A DNA stretch of 63,697 nucleotides, filler included, from Octopus bimaculoides (lineage: Eukaryota): NCBI RefSeq assembly GCF_001194135.2. It is 4 parts of 4 records of this genome, joined end to end, with 100 filler letters (N's around TTAATTAATTAA, not from the genome) between each part and the next. Parts side by side here need not be neighbours in the genome. Positions count along the whole stretch, not along the records: positions 1 to 29,163 come from NC_068983.1; positions 29,264 to 58,790 come from NC_068982.1; 2 more parts are not named here. One strand, 5' to 3'. A program made the translations under genes and the position numbers. Positions 24,196-36,546 of this stretch are shown here, in pieces (the stretch's first letter is position 1; every line of letters starts with the position of its first letter). Below the pieces are notes generated by a model, which saw only the letters and a program-made list of their open reading frames with translations, had not been told where the DNA came from and did not search any database.

Positions 24196-24410
24196 AAGGC
24201 GGTGAGCTGGCAGAAAGGTTAGCACACCGGGCGAAATGCTTAGCGGTATTGCGTTTATCTTTACGTTCTGAGTTCAAATTCCGCCGAGGTCGACTTTGCC
24301 TTTCATCCTTTCGGGGTTCATAAATTAAGTACCAGTTGCGTACTGGGGTCGATCTAATCGACTGACCCCCCTCCCCCAAAATTTCGGACCTTGTGCCGAG
24401 AGTAGAAAAG
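24196..24410 (+). mobile_element. Family-A SINE with 17-bp target-site duplication (2 mismatches)
   Basis: AATAGATTAGGGTAACA (24179-24195) and AATAGATTAGGATACCA (24411-24427). Confidence 0.92.
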
Positions 24411-24806
24411 AATAGATTAGGATACCACCGTACAACATCTACAGTGTGGCGTGCTTAGGCACCGTTTCTCTCTATCTAATTCTTCTCACATGGCTTGTGC
24501 ATATGTCTGAGGATACACAGATATCTACACACATATGGAACATGTGCACGAATTGCCTAGTAGTTAGTAAAATCATCTCGCAACAACTTGGTGCATGTTT
24601 CGATCCCACGGCGCGAAAGATGTTGCTAAATGTCTTCTGTTGCTACCTCGTCAACCAATTTCGAGAAGTACTAAGTGTCACTTATTGCTTTACGTATTTT
24701 TGGAATAAATCTTTTCTACGGGAAATGATAGTAGCAGGTATACTTAAACATTCCGAGAGAATTTCATTTTGTTCGGAATTATAGTTGAAATTTCTTAAAA
24801 AATTAT

Positions 24807-25252
24807 GAGCAGGAGTGGCTGTGTGGTAAGTAGCTTGCTTACCAACCATATGGTTCCGGGTTCATTCCCACTGCGTGGCATCTTGGGCAAGTGACTCCTA
24901 CTATAGCCTCGGGCCGACCAAAGCCCTGTGAGTAGATTTGGTAGACGGAAACTGAAAGAAGCCTGTCGTATATATGTATATATANNNNNNNNNNTATATA
25001 TATATATATATGTATGTGTGTGTATATGTTTGTGTGTCTGTGTTTGTTCCCCCAACATCGTTTGACAACCGATGCTGGTGTGTTTACGTCCCCGTAATCT
25101 AGCGGTTCGGCAAAAGAGACCGATAAAATAAGTACTAGGCTTACAAAGAATAAGTCCTATGGTCGATTTGCTCGACTAAAGGCGTTGCTCCAGCATGGGC
25201 GCAGTCAAATGACTGAAATAAGTAAAACAGTAAAACAATAAACAGTAAAACA
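24807..25252 (+). mobile_element. Full-length family-B SINE
   Basis: GCAGGAGTGGCTGTGTGGTAAG head, TA tract with a small gap, GTAAAA-type tail repeats. Confidence 0.92.
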
Positions 25253-26486
25253 GCAAGCCAAGACTGATAATTTTAATTTGTATTTCAAAAACAAGAAAAA
25301 CAAACATAATAAATCTAGCAATTCTAGATTAGGAAAGAACTCGAAAGCTTTCTTAGAAAGAGTAGCGTCCACCATCCTTTGAGTGATCTTTGCGACGAGT
25401 GAGAAGAAGTGAAGAAGAGTAAGTTTTTCTCTGATCGGAAACATGGTGTGAATGCATGAAACAGAGAAACTCTGTTAAAACCACTGAAGGGTCAGGTGAG
25501 GGTATTAAATCAGGCAACAGATTAAACAAAGAATACTATAAAATGATCGACAGGTTTGGCCTTTGGGATTTGTTGTTGAAAGTATTTTTGAAAAGATGAG
25601 GTTAGAGAAAAACAAATTACAAAAACAAAAACAAAACAAACATGAAAAGAGAGGTGTTTATTTTAAAGCAATGAAATATATAGAGAATAAAAGATATTAT
25701 TATAGTTATCATACTCTCTTTTCAACTCCCCAAATCTACACTGATGACGCACCTAAAAAAAATCTACCCAAAATATATACTTGTAAAAAATAAAACCAAA
25801 TAAAACAGAAAAAAAAACGAAAATATAAAATATTTCTAATACACAGAATTTTCTACGTTTATTAGTTATCTTTCGTGTGAAAGTAATATACATAATTAAA
25901 CGCATATGTACTTGGGAGAGGTTCATATTTGCACAGAAATAAAGAGAAATTGTTTGAAGACAAGTATCTACGAAACTGCACTTGATGCCTTTAAAATTAT
26001 TAACAGCTTTGAAAGAGTATCATTGCAACTTCAATAAATATGAAAACAAAAAAATATATACATAAAATAATTAAAAATTGAAACGAAAAAATTTTCCCAA
26101 GAACTTTCTTAATTAAATCCTTCTTAGATATGAAAGTTGCTATTGTTTGATGGAGCCAGAATATTTTTGCGCCAACATATACACACATTCACACACGATT
26201 TTATAAAATAAACTGTTAAGAAAGCGATTATTAAATAACTATCAAATAAACAATTGCTTTGTCTAAGAGTCTCTCTCTCTCTGTCTCTCTTTCTCCATCC
26301 CTTTCTATCTTTCTATCTCTCTCTCGCTCACATAATAATCACACACAAAAACACACATACACACCCAGAAACACACACTTATGAACACAGACACATATAT
26401 TTGCTTCTTTGATAGTAATAATACCACACATTCTCTAAGGTTACATTTATTCGAATTTCGGAAATATGTGCGTAACAAAATACATA

Positions 26487-26525
<39 letters not shown>

Positions 26526-28450
26526 TATATTCAAGCACACTCATATATATATATATAAATTTTGGTTGTATTCCTTTATAGTTAGTTTTAGCTCATTTTA
26601 AAATATCACAATNNNNNNNNNNNNNNNNNNNNNNNNNNNNNNNNNNNNNNNNNNNNNNNNNNNNNNNNNNNNNNNNNNNNNNNNNNNNNNNNNNNNNNNN
26701 NNNNNNNNNNNNNNNNNNNNNNNNNNNNNNNNNNNNNNNNNNNNNNNNNNNNNNNNNNNNNNNNNNNNNNNNNNNNNNNNNNNNNNNNNNNNNNNNNNNN
26801 NNNNNNNNNNNNNNNNNNNNNNNNNNNNNNNNNNNNNNNNNNNNNNNNNNNNNNNNNNNNNNNNNNNNNNNNNNNNNNNNNNNNNNNNNNNNNNNNNNNN
26901 NNNNNNNNNNNNNNNNNNNNNNNNNNNNNNNNNNNNNNNNNNNNNNNNNNNNNNNNNNNNNNNNNNNNNNNNNNNNNNNNNNNNNNNNNNNNNNNNNNNN
27001 NNNNNNNNNNNNNNNNNNNNNNNNNNNNNNNNNNNNNNNNNNNNNNNNNNNNNNNNNNNNNNNNNNNNNNNNNNNNNNNNNNNNNNNNNNNNNNNNNNNN
27101 NNNNNNNNNNNNNNNNNNNNNNNNNNNNNNNNNNNNNNNNNNNNNNNNNNNNNNNNNNNNNNNNNNNNNNNNNNNNNNNNNNNNNNNNNNNNNNNNNNNN
27201 NNNNNNNNNNNNNNNNNNNNNNNNNNNNNNNNNNNNNNNNNNNNNNNNNNNNNNNNNNNNNNNNNNNNNNNNNNNNNNNNNNNNNNNNNNNNNNNNNNNN
27301 NNNNNNNNNNNNNNNNNNNNNNNNNNNNNNNNNNNNNNNNNNNNNNNNNNNNNNNNNNNNNNNNNNNNNNNNNNNNNNNNNNNNNNNNNNNNNNNNNNAT
27401 ATATACATATATACATATATATATATATATTCCTATATAGCTTATGCATATGTTTGTCATACACACACACATATGTATAGATATACATACGTACATACGC
27501 ATGCATATATCCCCATGTATACATACCTGTATGCATGCACGCTTGCACACACACATGCACACATACATATATACATATATACATATATACATATATACAT
27601 ATATACATATATACACATACCCAGAGAGAGAAAAAGGAAGTTCCGTGTAGTGAAATAAAAAGAAGATAAAGAGAGAGAGAGAGAGAAGGAGTTGGGGTGG
27701 GCGGGTGGAAGAAGGAGTTCGAGAAAGGAGGAGAGGAGGATGGAAGGGAGGATAAAGATGAAAACGAAACCACAAAGAAAATAAATGGTTTGGCTGTTAG
27801 AGATGTTTAGATTAACAACTGAGTACTTTTATCTGGAGGCATTCATGTCTTTTAGTGTGTCTTGGAAAACTGTCATTACGTGACAGTCACAGAAAATACT
27901 GAAATAAGACATACTATTTCCAATATATTTTTGTTGTTAATTCCTCGTTGTTGTTTCAATAATATTTTTTTGTCTTCATTTTCTCGCAGAGGAAATTAAT
28001 CTTTCAATTTATCCTTTGGGCATGTCTAAGATGAGCTCGCTACAACACACATTGCTACTGCCGTATTAAACCTATGAATGTATCTTTTAGCAAGGATTAA
28101 CAAACAAATTGTGCTTCATCATATCCTGAAGCTATATTTCGTAATATTTTGTCATGTTTTGTATTATGTAGTCAAGGACAGAAAATAACAATCTAGAATG
28201 ATGGAGTTTAAAAGTAGTCAGTTAAATTTATTCAGATTATCTGAACGCATACTTCTGTCACTGGGGATTATTTTCTATATAATTATCGATGCATATGTTA
28301 ACGTGACCTTACATTTAATTTGAGTTCATTGAGAACAATTGCTGTCACGTACATTTTGTCATAAAATGGGTGTCATTTAGTTAAAATGAGGAGAGAGGTA
28401 GAGCTTTCTGCCCAATGAGTAGCGTATAAAATAATATAATACCACGGAAA

Positions 28451-28481
<31 letters not shown>

Positions 28482-28800
28482 TGTATGTATGTATGTATGT
28501 ATGTTGTATATATAAATATTTTATATATATTTGCCAACTAAATGTGGCGGTCCCACGGAGGACGATGTTACTGGTGTTTTTAGCTTCAGGAAGACATCTC
28601 CAGCTGGTTAACGACACACTGTCTGTGTCAGATTAGTATTTGCGAGTGGAGGTCATCAGTCCCATCTCTAGCCTTACGTGTGTATCACGTAAGGCTGGAG
28701 ATGGGCAAGTATAATTTACGATTCCGTACTGTTACTGCTTACCTCTCGCCCAGAGATTTAATATTGTATATATATATATGAATATTTTATATATATATAT

Positions 28801-29163
28801 ATATTTCTAAGTCTCTCTAAAGAAGACTACGGCAGCGGTACTGGATATTAATAGTTATCGCCAAGCCAACACACAATCCCCAAAAATAGGACGAATGCTG
28901 CCGTTGATTAGCTCCAAGAGGCCATCGCCTGTAGCTAGCTATGTGACACACGAACCTGTGTCCATTATAACCTTCCAACAGGGGAAGTCAGCCGCTTCCC
29001 CTTGCTGGTCTGGCATCGGGGTATTGCCCCTTATCAATGTAGAGCAGCCGAACCCAGCAGGCGTCGCTACTGACCGTCTGTACGAAGGATTATTTACCTA
29101 AATTCAGTGGAATACATCCACTGGTTTTCAAAAATAGAAATATTAATATTTTTAAGTCTCTCT
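28801..29163. repeat. ~345-bp structured tandem monomer running into a gap
   Basis: ATATTTYTAAGTCTCTCT recurs at 28801 and 29146; the same blocks appear in permuted order at 59408-59681. Confidence 0.8.
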
Positions 29164-29263
29164 NNNNNNNNNNNNNNNNNNNNNNNNNNNNNNNNNNNNN
29201 NNNNNNNTTAATTAATTAANNNNNNNNNNNNNNNNNNNNNNNNNNNNNNNNNNNNNNNNNNNN
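29164..29263. other. Artificial scaffold linker, 44N-TTAATTAATTAA-44N
   Basis: Exactly 100 bp with a six-frame stop motif; identical linkers at 58791-58890 and 61826-61925. Confidence 0.95.
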
Positions 29264-29510
29264 GAGCGAGATGAGCGTGGCCGTTGCCAGTACCGCCTGA
29301 CTGGCCTTCGTGCGGGTGACACGTAAAAGCACCTACTACACTCTCTGAGTGGTTGGCGTTAGGAAGGGCATCCAGCTGTAGAAACTCTGCCAAATGAGAT
29401 TGGAGCCTAGTGTAGCCATCTGGTTTCACCAGTCCTCAGTCAAATCGTCCAACCCATGCTAGCATGGAAAGCGGACGTTAAACGACGATGACGACGACGA
29501 CGACGACGAG
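29264..29510 (+). mobile_element. RTE-type LINE 3' tail
   Basis: GGCGTTAGGAAGGGCATCCAGCTGTAGAAAC...CCCATGCTAGCATGGAAAGCGGACGTTAAACGACGATG; same tail as the ORF2-bearing copy at 46683-47905. Confidence 0.85.
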
Positions 29511-29596
29511 CCTTGGATCCAGGTTATAAACTGACTCTTTCTCTATTGGCAAGAAATTTTGAAATAAAACTGAACAATGACATATATACATACATG

Positions 29597-30042
29597 CATG
29601 GTTTGATCAATAAGTATCCGGAATATTGCTGTAGTAATAAAGCTAAAGCATGTTTCCGCTGTTTACAGCAATGCTCGGAAGGAAGGTGTGTAGTGTGTGA
29701 TAGTCTCATTGACCATGACAGAGAAAATTGAGTAAAGAATCTGCATCAAATTTTGTCAAAAGCTTAGCGATACCTGCTCAGAGGTCTACGCAAAGTTTCC
29801 AAAAAGTTTTCTTCGTTCTTGACACAAATCAAGGAGAAATTGTACAACTGAAACCCAAGTGTCTTTTTGGTCAGCTGAAAGTAGATTTGGCACAAACATG
29901 GCAAACATGCATCTCATTCCCAAATCTTCAGTGATAATGGACTGAACTGAACCATAACTAATCTGCACATCCTCTGATAACTCATGGACGGTAATTCAAT
30001 GATTTCCCCTTACAGCTGCATGCATATCTGCATTGTTTTTCT
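29597..30042. mobile_element. Mariner relic with an internal inversion
   Basis: Plus strand 29715-29810 reads MTEKIE*RICIKFCQKLSDTCSEVYAKF; minus strand 29811-30042 reads ITVHELSEDVQISYGSVQSIITEDLGMR...FVPNLLSADQK. Confidence 0.85.
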
Positions 30043-30303
30043 CAGAATTCAAGTGAATCAAGTCTTTAAATAGCAAAGCACCAAGGTCAGGTGAATGAAA
30101 TTGCTATCATTGTACAAAACAAAATTAGGGCAACATATACATACTTTATGAAATAAAGACGGAATTTTATTCCAGTTGCATGTACAATTATAAGCATCCG
30201 ACTGAATATACTGCACCAGTTGTACTGCGACTCCATGTCCACACTAATTTCAGGTTCTGTGTAAGGTTAATAATAAACAAATAGCAACAGATGGATAATC
30301 GTT

Positions 30304-30391
30304 CACTCGCTACAGCTGTTTCAGACATGTTTTTTATTGATGAATAGAATTGTTACATCATGTGAAAGAAAACGTTTTCATCAGGTGAATA
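30304..30391 (-). ncRNA. Degenerate type I hammerhead-like motif
   Basis: UAUUCAC-CUGAUGA-[long imperfect stem II]-GAA-ACAGCUGU-A-GCGAGUG; stem I pairs 6 of 7 including G-U; palindromic stem III. Confidence 0.45.
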
Positions 30392-30484
30392 TATGTATGA
30401 ATTAAACGTTATAAGAAAACATTCCAATGAATATGAGAATGTGCCAGTTCATGATTCCCTGGCAAACTTTGGCCAGATATATAT

Positions 30485-30610
30485 ATGGTATGGATTGGGC
30501 AGTTTGACAGGATCTGGCAAGTTGCCGGGCTGTGTCAAGCTCCAGTGTTACCTTTAGCATGGTTTCTATAGCTGGAAGCTCTTCCTAACCCTAAACACTT
30601 TACAGTGTGT
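30485..30610 (-). mobile_element. Diverged RTE-type tail fragment
   Basis: GCATGGTTTCTATAGCTGGAAGCTCTTCCTAAC resembles the tails at 46683 and 50484. Confidence 0.55.
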
Positions 30611-30990
30611 ATATATATATTGATTATGCAATATATATATGTGTGTGTGTGCATGTTTGTGCATGTGCATGTGTGCATGTGTGTGTGTATGTGCGTACGT
30701 GCATGTGTGTGTGTGTGTGTGTGTGTATGTGTGCGCATGCATGTGTGTGTTATATATTAAGGTATTGATAATATTATTATGTTTATTATATATTTTTTGA
30801 TCACTTGCAGGTTTTTATTAAATTTTATCAAATTAATTTCATTCAGTTAAATTCTTCCAAATTAAAATTTCTGTTTCATGTTTCACCTCAAAACATAGAA
30901 TGGTTGACGACTATTTTGTGCTGTACCTGATTTTGCATAATGAATTACTACTGATAAGATGAGATAGTTAATGATAATAATAATAATAGT

Positions 30991-31055
30991 CAATTAAACC
31001 TTGGGAGAGGCATTATGCCGGTAATAAACATAATGCCTCTCCCAAGGTTTAATTG
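30991..31055. repeat. Perfect 27-bp inverted repeat with an 11-nt loop
   Basis: CAATTAAACCTTGGGAGAGGCATTATG / CATAATGCCTCTCCCAAGGTTTAATTG. Confidence 0.95.
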
Positions 31056-31476
31056 TATTTCTTTCAACACACGTATCCACATCAAGAATCTTGCACACGA
31101 AATACACATACGAAAAATAATAGTCAATGTGTATCATATTTCCTGTATATGTTTAGCACCTATTCTTAGCTTCTTTATACACTAAAAACAATTTGAAAAC
31201 TGCATGGAAATAATTGTTGTTAATGTAATTCAATAACCATTTATCTTTAATTTATTTTCAATTTATGCAACATATGTAATTTCAGTTATATCAGAAATAT
31301 CAATGTACATAAATGCCAATGATAATACCTTTGTGTGGTCATTCAGCATACTAAATATAGCAGGTTAAATTTACCAACAAGTGTTATTGACTGTAAAAGA
31401 CTATGTGCAAGCAGAGACCAACCTACTTTGGTCATATTTGTCAAAACATTTTCAACAATTTCAAGTGAAACATCAT

Positions 31477-31893
31477 ACTCTTTACTCTTTTACCCTTTTA
31501 CTTGTTTCAGTCGTCTGACTGCGGCCATGCTGGAGCACCGCCTTTAGTCGAGCAAATCGACCCCAGGACTTATTCTTTGGAAGGCTAGTACTTATTCTAT
31601 CGGTCTCTTTTGCCGAACCGCTAAGTTACGGGGACATAAACACATCAGCAACGGTTGTCAAGCTATGTTGGGGGGACAAACACAGACACACAAACACATA
31701 CATACATATATATATACATATACATATATACGAAGGGCTTCTTTCAGTTTCCGTCTACCAAATCCACTCACAAGGCTTTGGTCAGCCCGAGACTATAGTA
31801 GAAGACACTTGCCCAAGGTGCCACGCAGTGAGACTGAACCCGGAACCATGTGGTTGGTAAGCAAGCTACTTACCACACAGCCACTTCTGCACC
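31477..31893 (-). mobile_element. Full-length family-B SINE
   Basis: Complete head, body and tail in reverse complement. Confidence 0.92.
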
Positions 31894-32769
31894 TATATAT
31901 TCAATATTGTTTTCAGTAACAGTTATATGGTAAACTGTGTTGGTAGAAGATTGATCATGTAAAACATAAGCAGCTAATAAGCGCCCCAAACTAATCTCAG
32001 TAATGAGTACTTGTTAAGGAAATCACCAGAGGTCATTTGTTGACTTCATGTTTCAAAGAAAGAATATCTGTTCATTGTTATTATTATTGATAAACCCTCA
32101 TGTCAGCCTTAACTGAGCAGACTTTTGATCAAAAGGTATTCCATCCATGATCAACTCTTACTTCTTTAAACTACATTATCCAGTGTGTCCTTTACTTTTC
32201 AAGACAGTAAGGTTACAGTTGTAAGAGATTGTTGCTGTTATTTCTAGCAGATCGACTGACCACATAGAAGTTCTCTGCAGCACACATGTATTCATTACTT
32301 TTTGCAGTGTTTGCCAATACATTATCTGTAACTTATTGAAAGATACAGTGCATAAATTGAAGATAGATGGGAACATGAGGATGATTCAGATAACAAGGGT
32401 ATTATATTTCAGAATAAATCATTTAGTTGATAGGGCACTGAAGAACCAGTTCACAAATAAGTGATTCATACTGACATGGCACCATGTCACAACAAATGCA
32501 TATAAATGTCAATAGTCAAATCCTTGTAGCTCTTGATAGGTACTAAAGGTGGTATAATTCTGGTACAATTCATGATTGTAAGCAGTGGTGGCCAATTTGT
32601 GGAACTGGTAATTTATATATTGGTTTGCAAAGCTGAGACCAACTTTAGCCAATGTCCTCCTTCAAGGAAAGATTTTTTTCTCTCATCCATTAATTTTTAT
32701 GTTAGAAAATAAAAAACAAACAACACCTAATGCATCATTGTTCTTCCAACAATTGATTAATTCTATTTC

Positions 32770-32990
32770 GTGATGGTGCAAATCCATTTGCACAAACAAA
32801 TTTTCTTCAAGCCAAACCATCCAGATGGAGACCAAGGAGCAGACCAAGAATGAGATGGCTGGATAGTATCCATAGTCTCAGTCAATTATTCTTGGAAATC
32901 CAGCTGAAAACTGCAATGATTGTTGCTTCTGATAGGACTTTATGTAGGAGGTGCCTGAGGAATCTACCCCCAAAACGCTCACAGGAATAG
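32770..32990 (+). mobile_element. LINE ORF2 C-terminal relic (RTE-like)
   Basis: QAKPSRWRPRSRPRMRWLDSI matches the G.RP.GRPR.RW.D motif. Confidence 0.55.
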
Positions 32991-33462
32991 TAAAAAGAGA
33001 AGATGGATGGGTAGATATCTATTCAATATAAATTTCATAAATGGAGACAACTTCGGGCATATGACCTTTGGCTTCTATTTGTAGAAACCATTTGTGGCTT
33101 CTAATTATTTCGTATTTGCCGGTTAGGCTTTTTCGGATCTATAAAAGTTGTTTCATCCTCTGGTTCAGGGGAGACAACCCGTCCTCATTAACGTTTTTAT
33201 AAGTTAAGATTTATATTTCGATTTCTGAGCGTTTCCTCACGTCCGCGACATAGATAATTTCAATTTTTTGTCTTTGTATAGAGTCTGACCAGCTGTCCAC
33301 AAGGCTGATGAGCTGTCCACCATGACTTCAACCCTTAAACTTAATATCTTTTGAGCATCCTGCATTACGTTTATACACATAGAATTGCTATTTTAGTATG
33401 GTCCACATTCTTTTAGTATGTTTTTCTTTGATTCACTTTCATTTTGTGATAACCACAGCATG

Positions 33463-33503
<41 letters not shown>

Positions 33504-33519
33504 ACATGTGTGTATTGTA

Positions 33520-34535
33520 TGCTCTTAAAGTGAGTCTGAGTCCACTCAAATGATTTTGTAAACTCCTAAAGAGATGGTAGTCTGTAGGTGCAATGTCTGA
33601 AGAACGTGGCAGGCAGTGCATAATTTCCCAGGCATATATTTCCGGGAGATCTTTGGTCTCTTGAGCAGTGTCAGGTTTAGCATTGTCATGTTGAAGCATG
33701 ATTCATTTTTCTCTTTGTTAAGGATGGACGTTTCTGCTGCAAATCTACTGTGTTAGCTGTTGGCAATATACATTGGCTGTTATTGTTTGACTACCATCTA
33801 GCAGCTCTTGATGAATTATTCCAAGCATATCCCACCATACATTTAGAAGAATCTTCCTTGGATGCAGGCCACTTCTGAACTACTGATTTGGCTCTTCACC
33901 ATGACTGTGCCACTAAAGTTTTCACCTAACATTATTCTAAAGTATCCAATCTTCATCTCCAGTAATGACTCTACTCAAAAAAGCAATTGCAGCTCACAAG
34001 ATTGCAATGGTGCACAGCAGTCAATACATTGTTTGTGATTGTCTGCAGAGAGACCATATAGGCCCATTTTCCAGCCTTTCATATTTTACAAAGCCTTTTC
34101 AATTTATGATGAATGGTGGTATGGCTCATGTCAAAGACCATACTTAGTTCTTGGACTGTAACAGCTGGATTTGCATCAACAGTGACTTCCAGTGCATCAG
34201 GCTTCAAACTTCTAGAGTGTTCTTCTCTTGACTCATCTTGCAGGCTGTAGTTCCCCATTTCTGAATAGGGAAAACCATCTTCTGCATGTTCTTTCAGTCA
34301 TTACATCATCACCATAAGTATTTTGGAGTGATTTTGCTGCTACACTTGCACTATTTCCTTTTTGAAATTCATTAAAAATAACATGTTGAATATGTTCTTT
34401 GCTTGGAGCGAACATGGAATCAATGAAAACAAATCCATTTATGATAAAACTGATAAAATCTGAAAGAAAATGATAGATTTCAATCAATCATTGATTGGTT
34501 GAAATTACCAAAATACGACAACTTTAACACGAAAT
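33520..34535 (-). mobile_element. Mariner (DD34D-type) transposase pseudogene
   Basis: N-terminus KEHIQHVIFNEFQKGNSA...YGDDVMTERTCRRWF; C-terminus LQHDNAKP...WEIMH.LP.SSDIAPTDYHLFRSLQNHLSG. Stops and frameshifts between them. Confidence 0.9.
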
Positions 34536-35480
34536 AACTTCGAAAATAAAGAATTTTCTTAAAAACGCCAAGAGTAAATGATGTTTTAAATGACACATTC
34601 TACCAGTATACGAAATTTGAAAGTGTTTAGTTACAAAAAATTATTTTTTCTATGTGCCAGTCAAAAGGAAAAGATCCTTATTATTATTATAACAATGCTC
34701 ACGAAATATCTTTCTATATAAATTCCTGCATCATAAACAGGACTGCTGGAAATATAGTGATAGGAACCAATACACCGGTCCTCCTTTCCAAACGCAACTA
34801 AAGCTTATGTACCAGGGAACATGTATGTATGGGAATGCTTATGTACACATATGTGTATGTATGGATATGTGGTTGGGTATATATATGTGTCCTTATGTAT
34901 AATAACAATAACAATTGACTCATTGGTGTGCATGTATACACGTTTATATATATGTACACTTAAGTGTACATATATATATTCATGTATTTATGTTTATTTA
35001 TTTATGTATATCTATATATGTCAGAGTATGCATGCATATGCATATATATGCATATATATGTGAGTTTTTATGATTTTGATATGTTTTTTTTTTTATATGT
35101 TTATATTTGTATATTGAAAATTAACTCCATGAACTTTGTAAATCTCTGAAGAGGCCTAGAGAACGATACATGTACCTCTATTTTCATTCTAACAGTTCAA
35201 ATACTATGAAATAAACATACTCAACTTGATTTATACCAAATAAAATGTAATATTTTGAAAAATGTTTGCACAGTTGATATGGAAGCAGTACATTAATGGT
35301 AAAATTTACAAACCATAACCCATGGTCAGATTTTACTCAAATTTGCTTTAAATGAAAGATCTTAGGTAGGTTTATGAAATGTCATTAAATTTATATATTG
35401 ACTTTGGACAGGGATTAGATTGATAGTAAAATCACTGACCTTGTCTGACAACTTCTTGAAACATCTCTCAGAGATGATTT

Positions 35481-35700
35481 CTCTTTTTTCTCTTTTACTT
35501 GTTTCGGTCATTTGACTGCGACCCTGCTGGAGCACCACCTTTTAGTCGAGCAAATTGATCCCAGGACTTATTCTTTGGAAGCCTGGTACTTATTCTATCG
35601 GTTTCTTTTGCCGAACCGCTAAGTTACGGGGACATAAACACGCCAGCATCAGTTGTCAAGCAATGTTGGGGGGACAAACACAGACACACAAACATATACA
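35481..35700 (-). mobile_element. Family-B SINE 3' half
   Basis: Tail and body up to the CA tract. Confidence 0.88.
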
Positions 35701-35804
35701 TGATGATGTCTAATTTTTTAATTCATAAATAATTATTAATTACTCTCTATTTATACAACGTAACCACTGGCAACCGGTCACTCTAATGATATTGCTTCTC
35801 TAAT

Positions 35805-36019
35805 AAGGTGGTGAGCTGGTGGAAACGTTAGCTTGCTGGGCAAAATGTTAGTGGTATTTCATCTGTCTTTACATTCTGAGTTCAAATTCTGCCGAGGTCG
35901 ACTTTGCCTTTCCTCCTTTCGGGGTCAATAAATTAAGTACCAGTTGCATACTGGGGTTGATCTAATTGACTACCCTCACCCTCCCCCAAAATTTTGGACC
36001 TTGTGCCTAGAGTAGAAAA
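35805..36019 (+). mobile_element. Family-A SINE with ~17-bp target-site duplication
   Basis: GATATTGCTTCTCTAAT (35788-35804) and GATATGCTTCTCTAAT (36020-36035). Confidence 0.9.
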
Positions 36020-36099
36020 GATATGCTTCTCTAATAAATGGAGGGAGAATGACCAGTGAACAAAAGAGAAAAATAAAGAAAAATGAATGAGTTATTTCC

Positions 36100-36330
36100 C
36101 CTTGGCCGTTAAAATAAAATAGATGGGTCTATCTGGACCCCTTCTAGGGGCCCTAGGTGTCCAATTATAGATTTTTATTAAACTACAATGAGCCTAGTAA
36201 CAAACTAGATATTGGCTTAACATGTATGCAAAGTTTCATTAAGATTCATAAACAGGTGTAGACGGCAACTTGACACAAACAAACAGACAACCAAACAGAT
36301 TGCTATTTATATATGTATAGATAGATATAT
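36100..36330 (+). mobile_element. Possible non-autonomous Helitron/Helentron-like end
   Basis: AAGTTTCATTAAGATTC...ACAAACAAACAGACAACCAAACAG...CTATTTATATATGTATAGAT architecture, resembling Lep1/DINE-type ends from memory. Confidence 0.35.
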
Positions 36331-36546
36331 AATTATTAAGTTTGAAAATGGAGAGATTCAATGGATATAGATTAGTTTATTAATTAATTATCATCATTAC
36401 CTATAAACATTCCAATAAATACACTACCTTCCTTCCCTTTGTTAAGTTTATACCATGTTCTTTATATATAAATTTTATCAGTTAATGGTTCGGAGCTGTA
36501 TACTCAACAAGCAGGAATATGAACACCTAACTGTATATCTTTAGCC

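Noticed and set aside
25205-25444. ORF containing LRR-like AFEFFPNLELLDL
   Set aside because: Single partial repeat without the conserved Asn, running into low-complexity and SINE sequence.
26593-27775. Long ORFs of 271-391 aa
   Set aside because: Mostly N gap and TA/CA repeats; the same applies to all X-rich and YI/HT/VC-rich ORFs.
28575-28705. Minus-strand CUGAUGA after the 20-bp hairpin as a type III hammerhead or C/D snoRNA
   Set aside because: No GAAA after stem II and no U-H triplet; the snoRNA reading lacks a terminal stem and a C' box.
28829-28904. HDV-like ribozyme (CGAAU followed by a P2-like strand)
   Set aside because: No P1, P3 or L3 elements can be placed between the paired strands.
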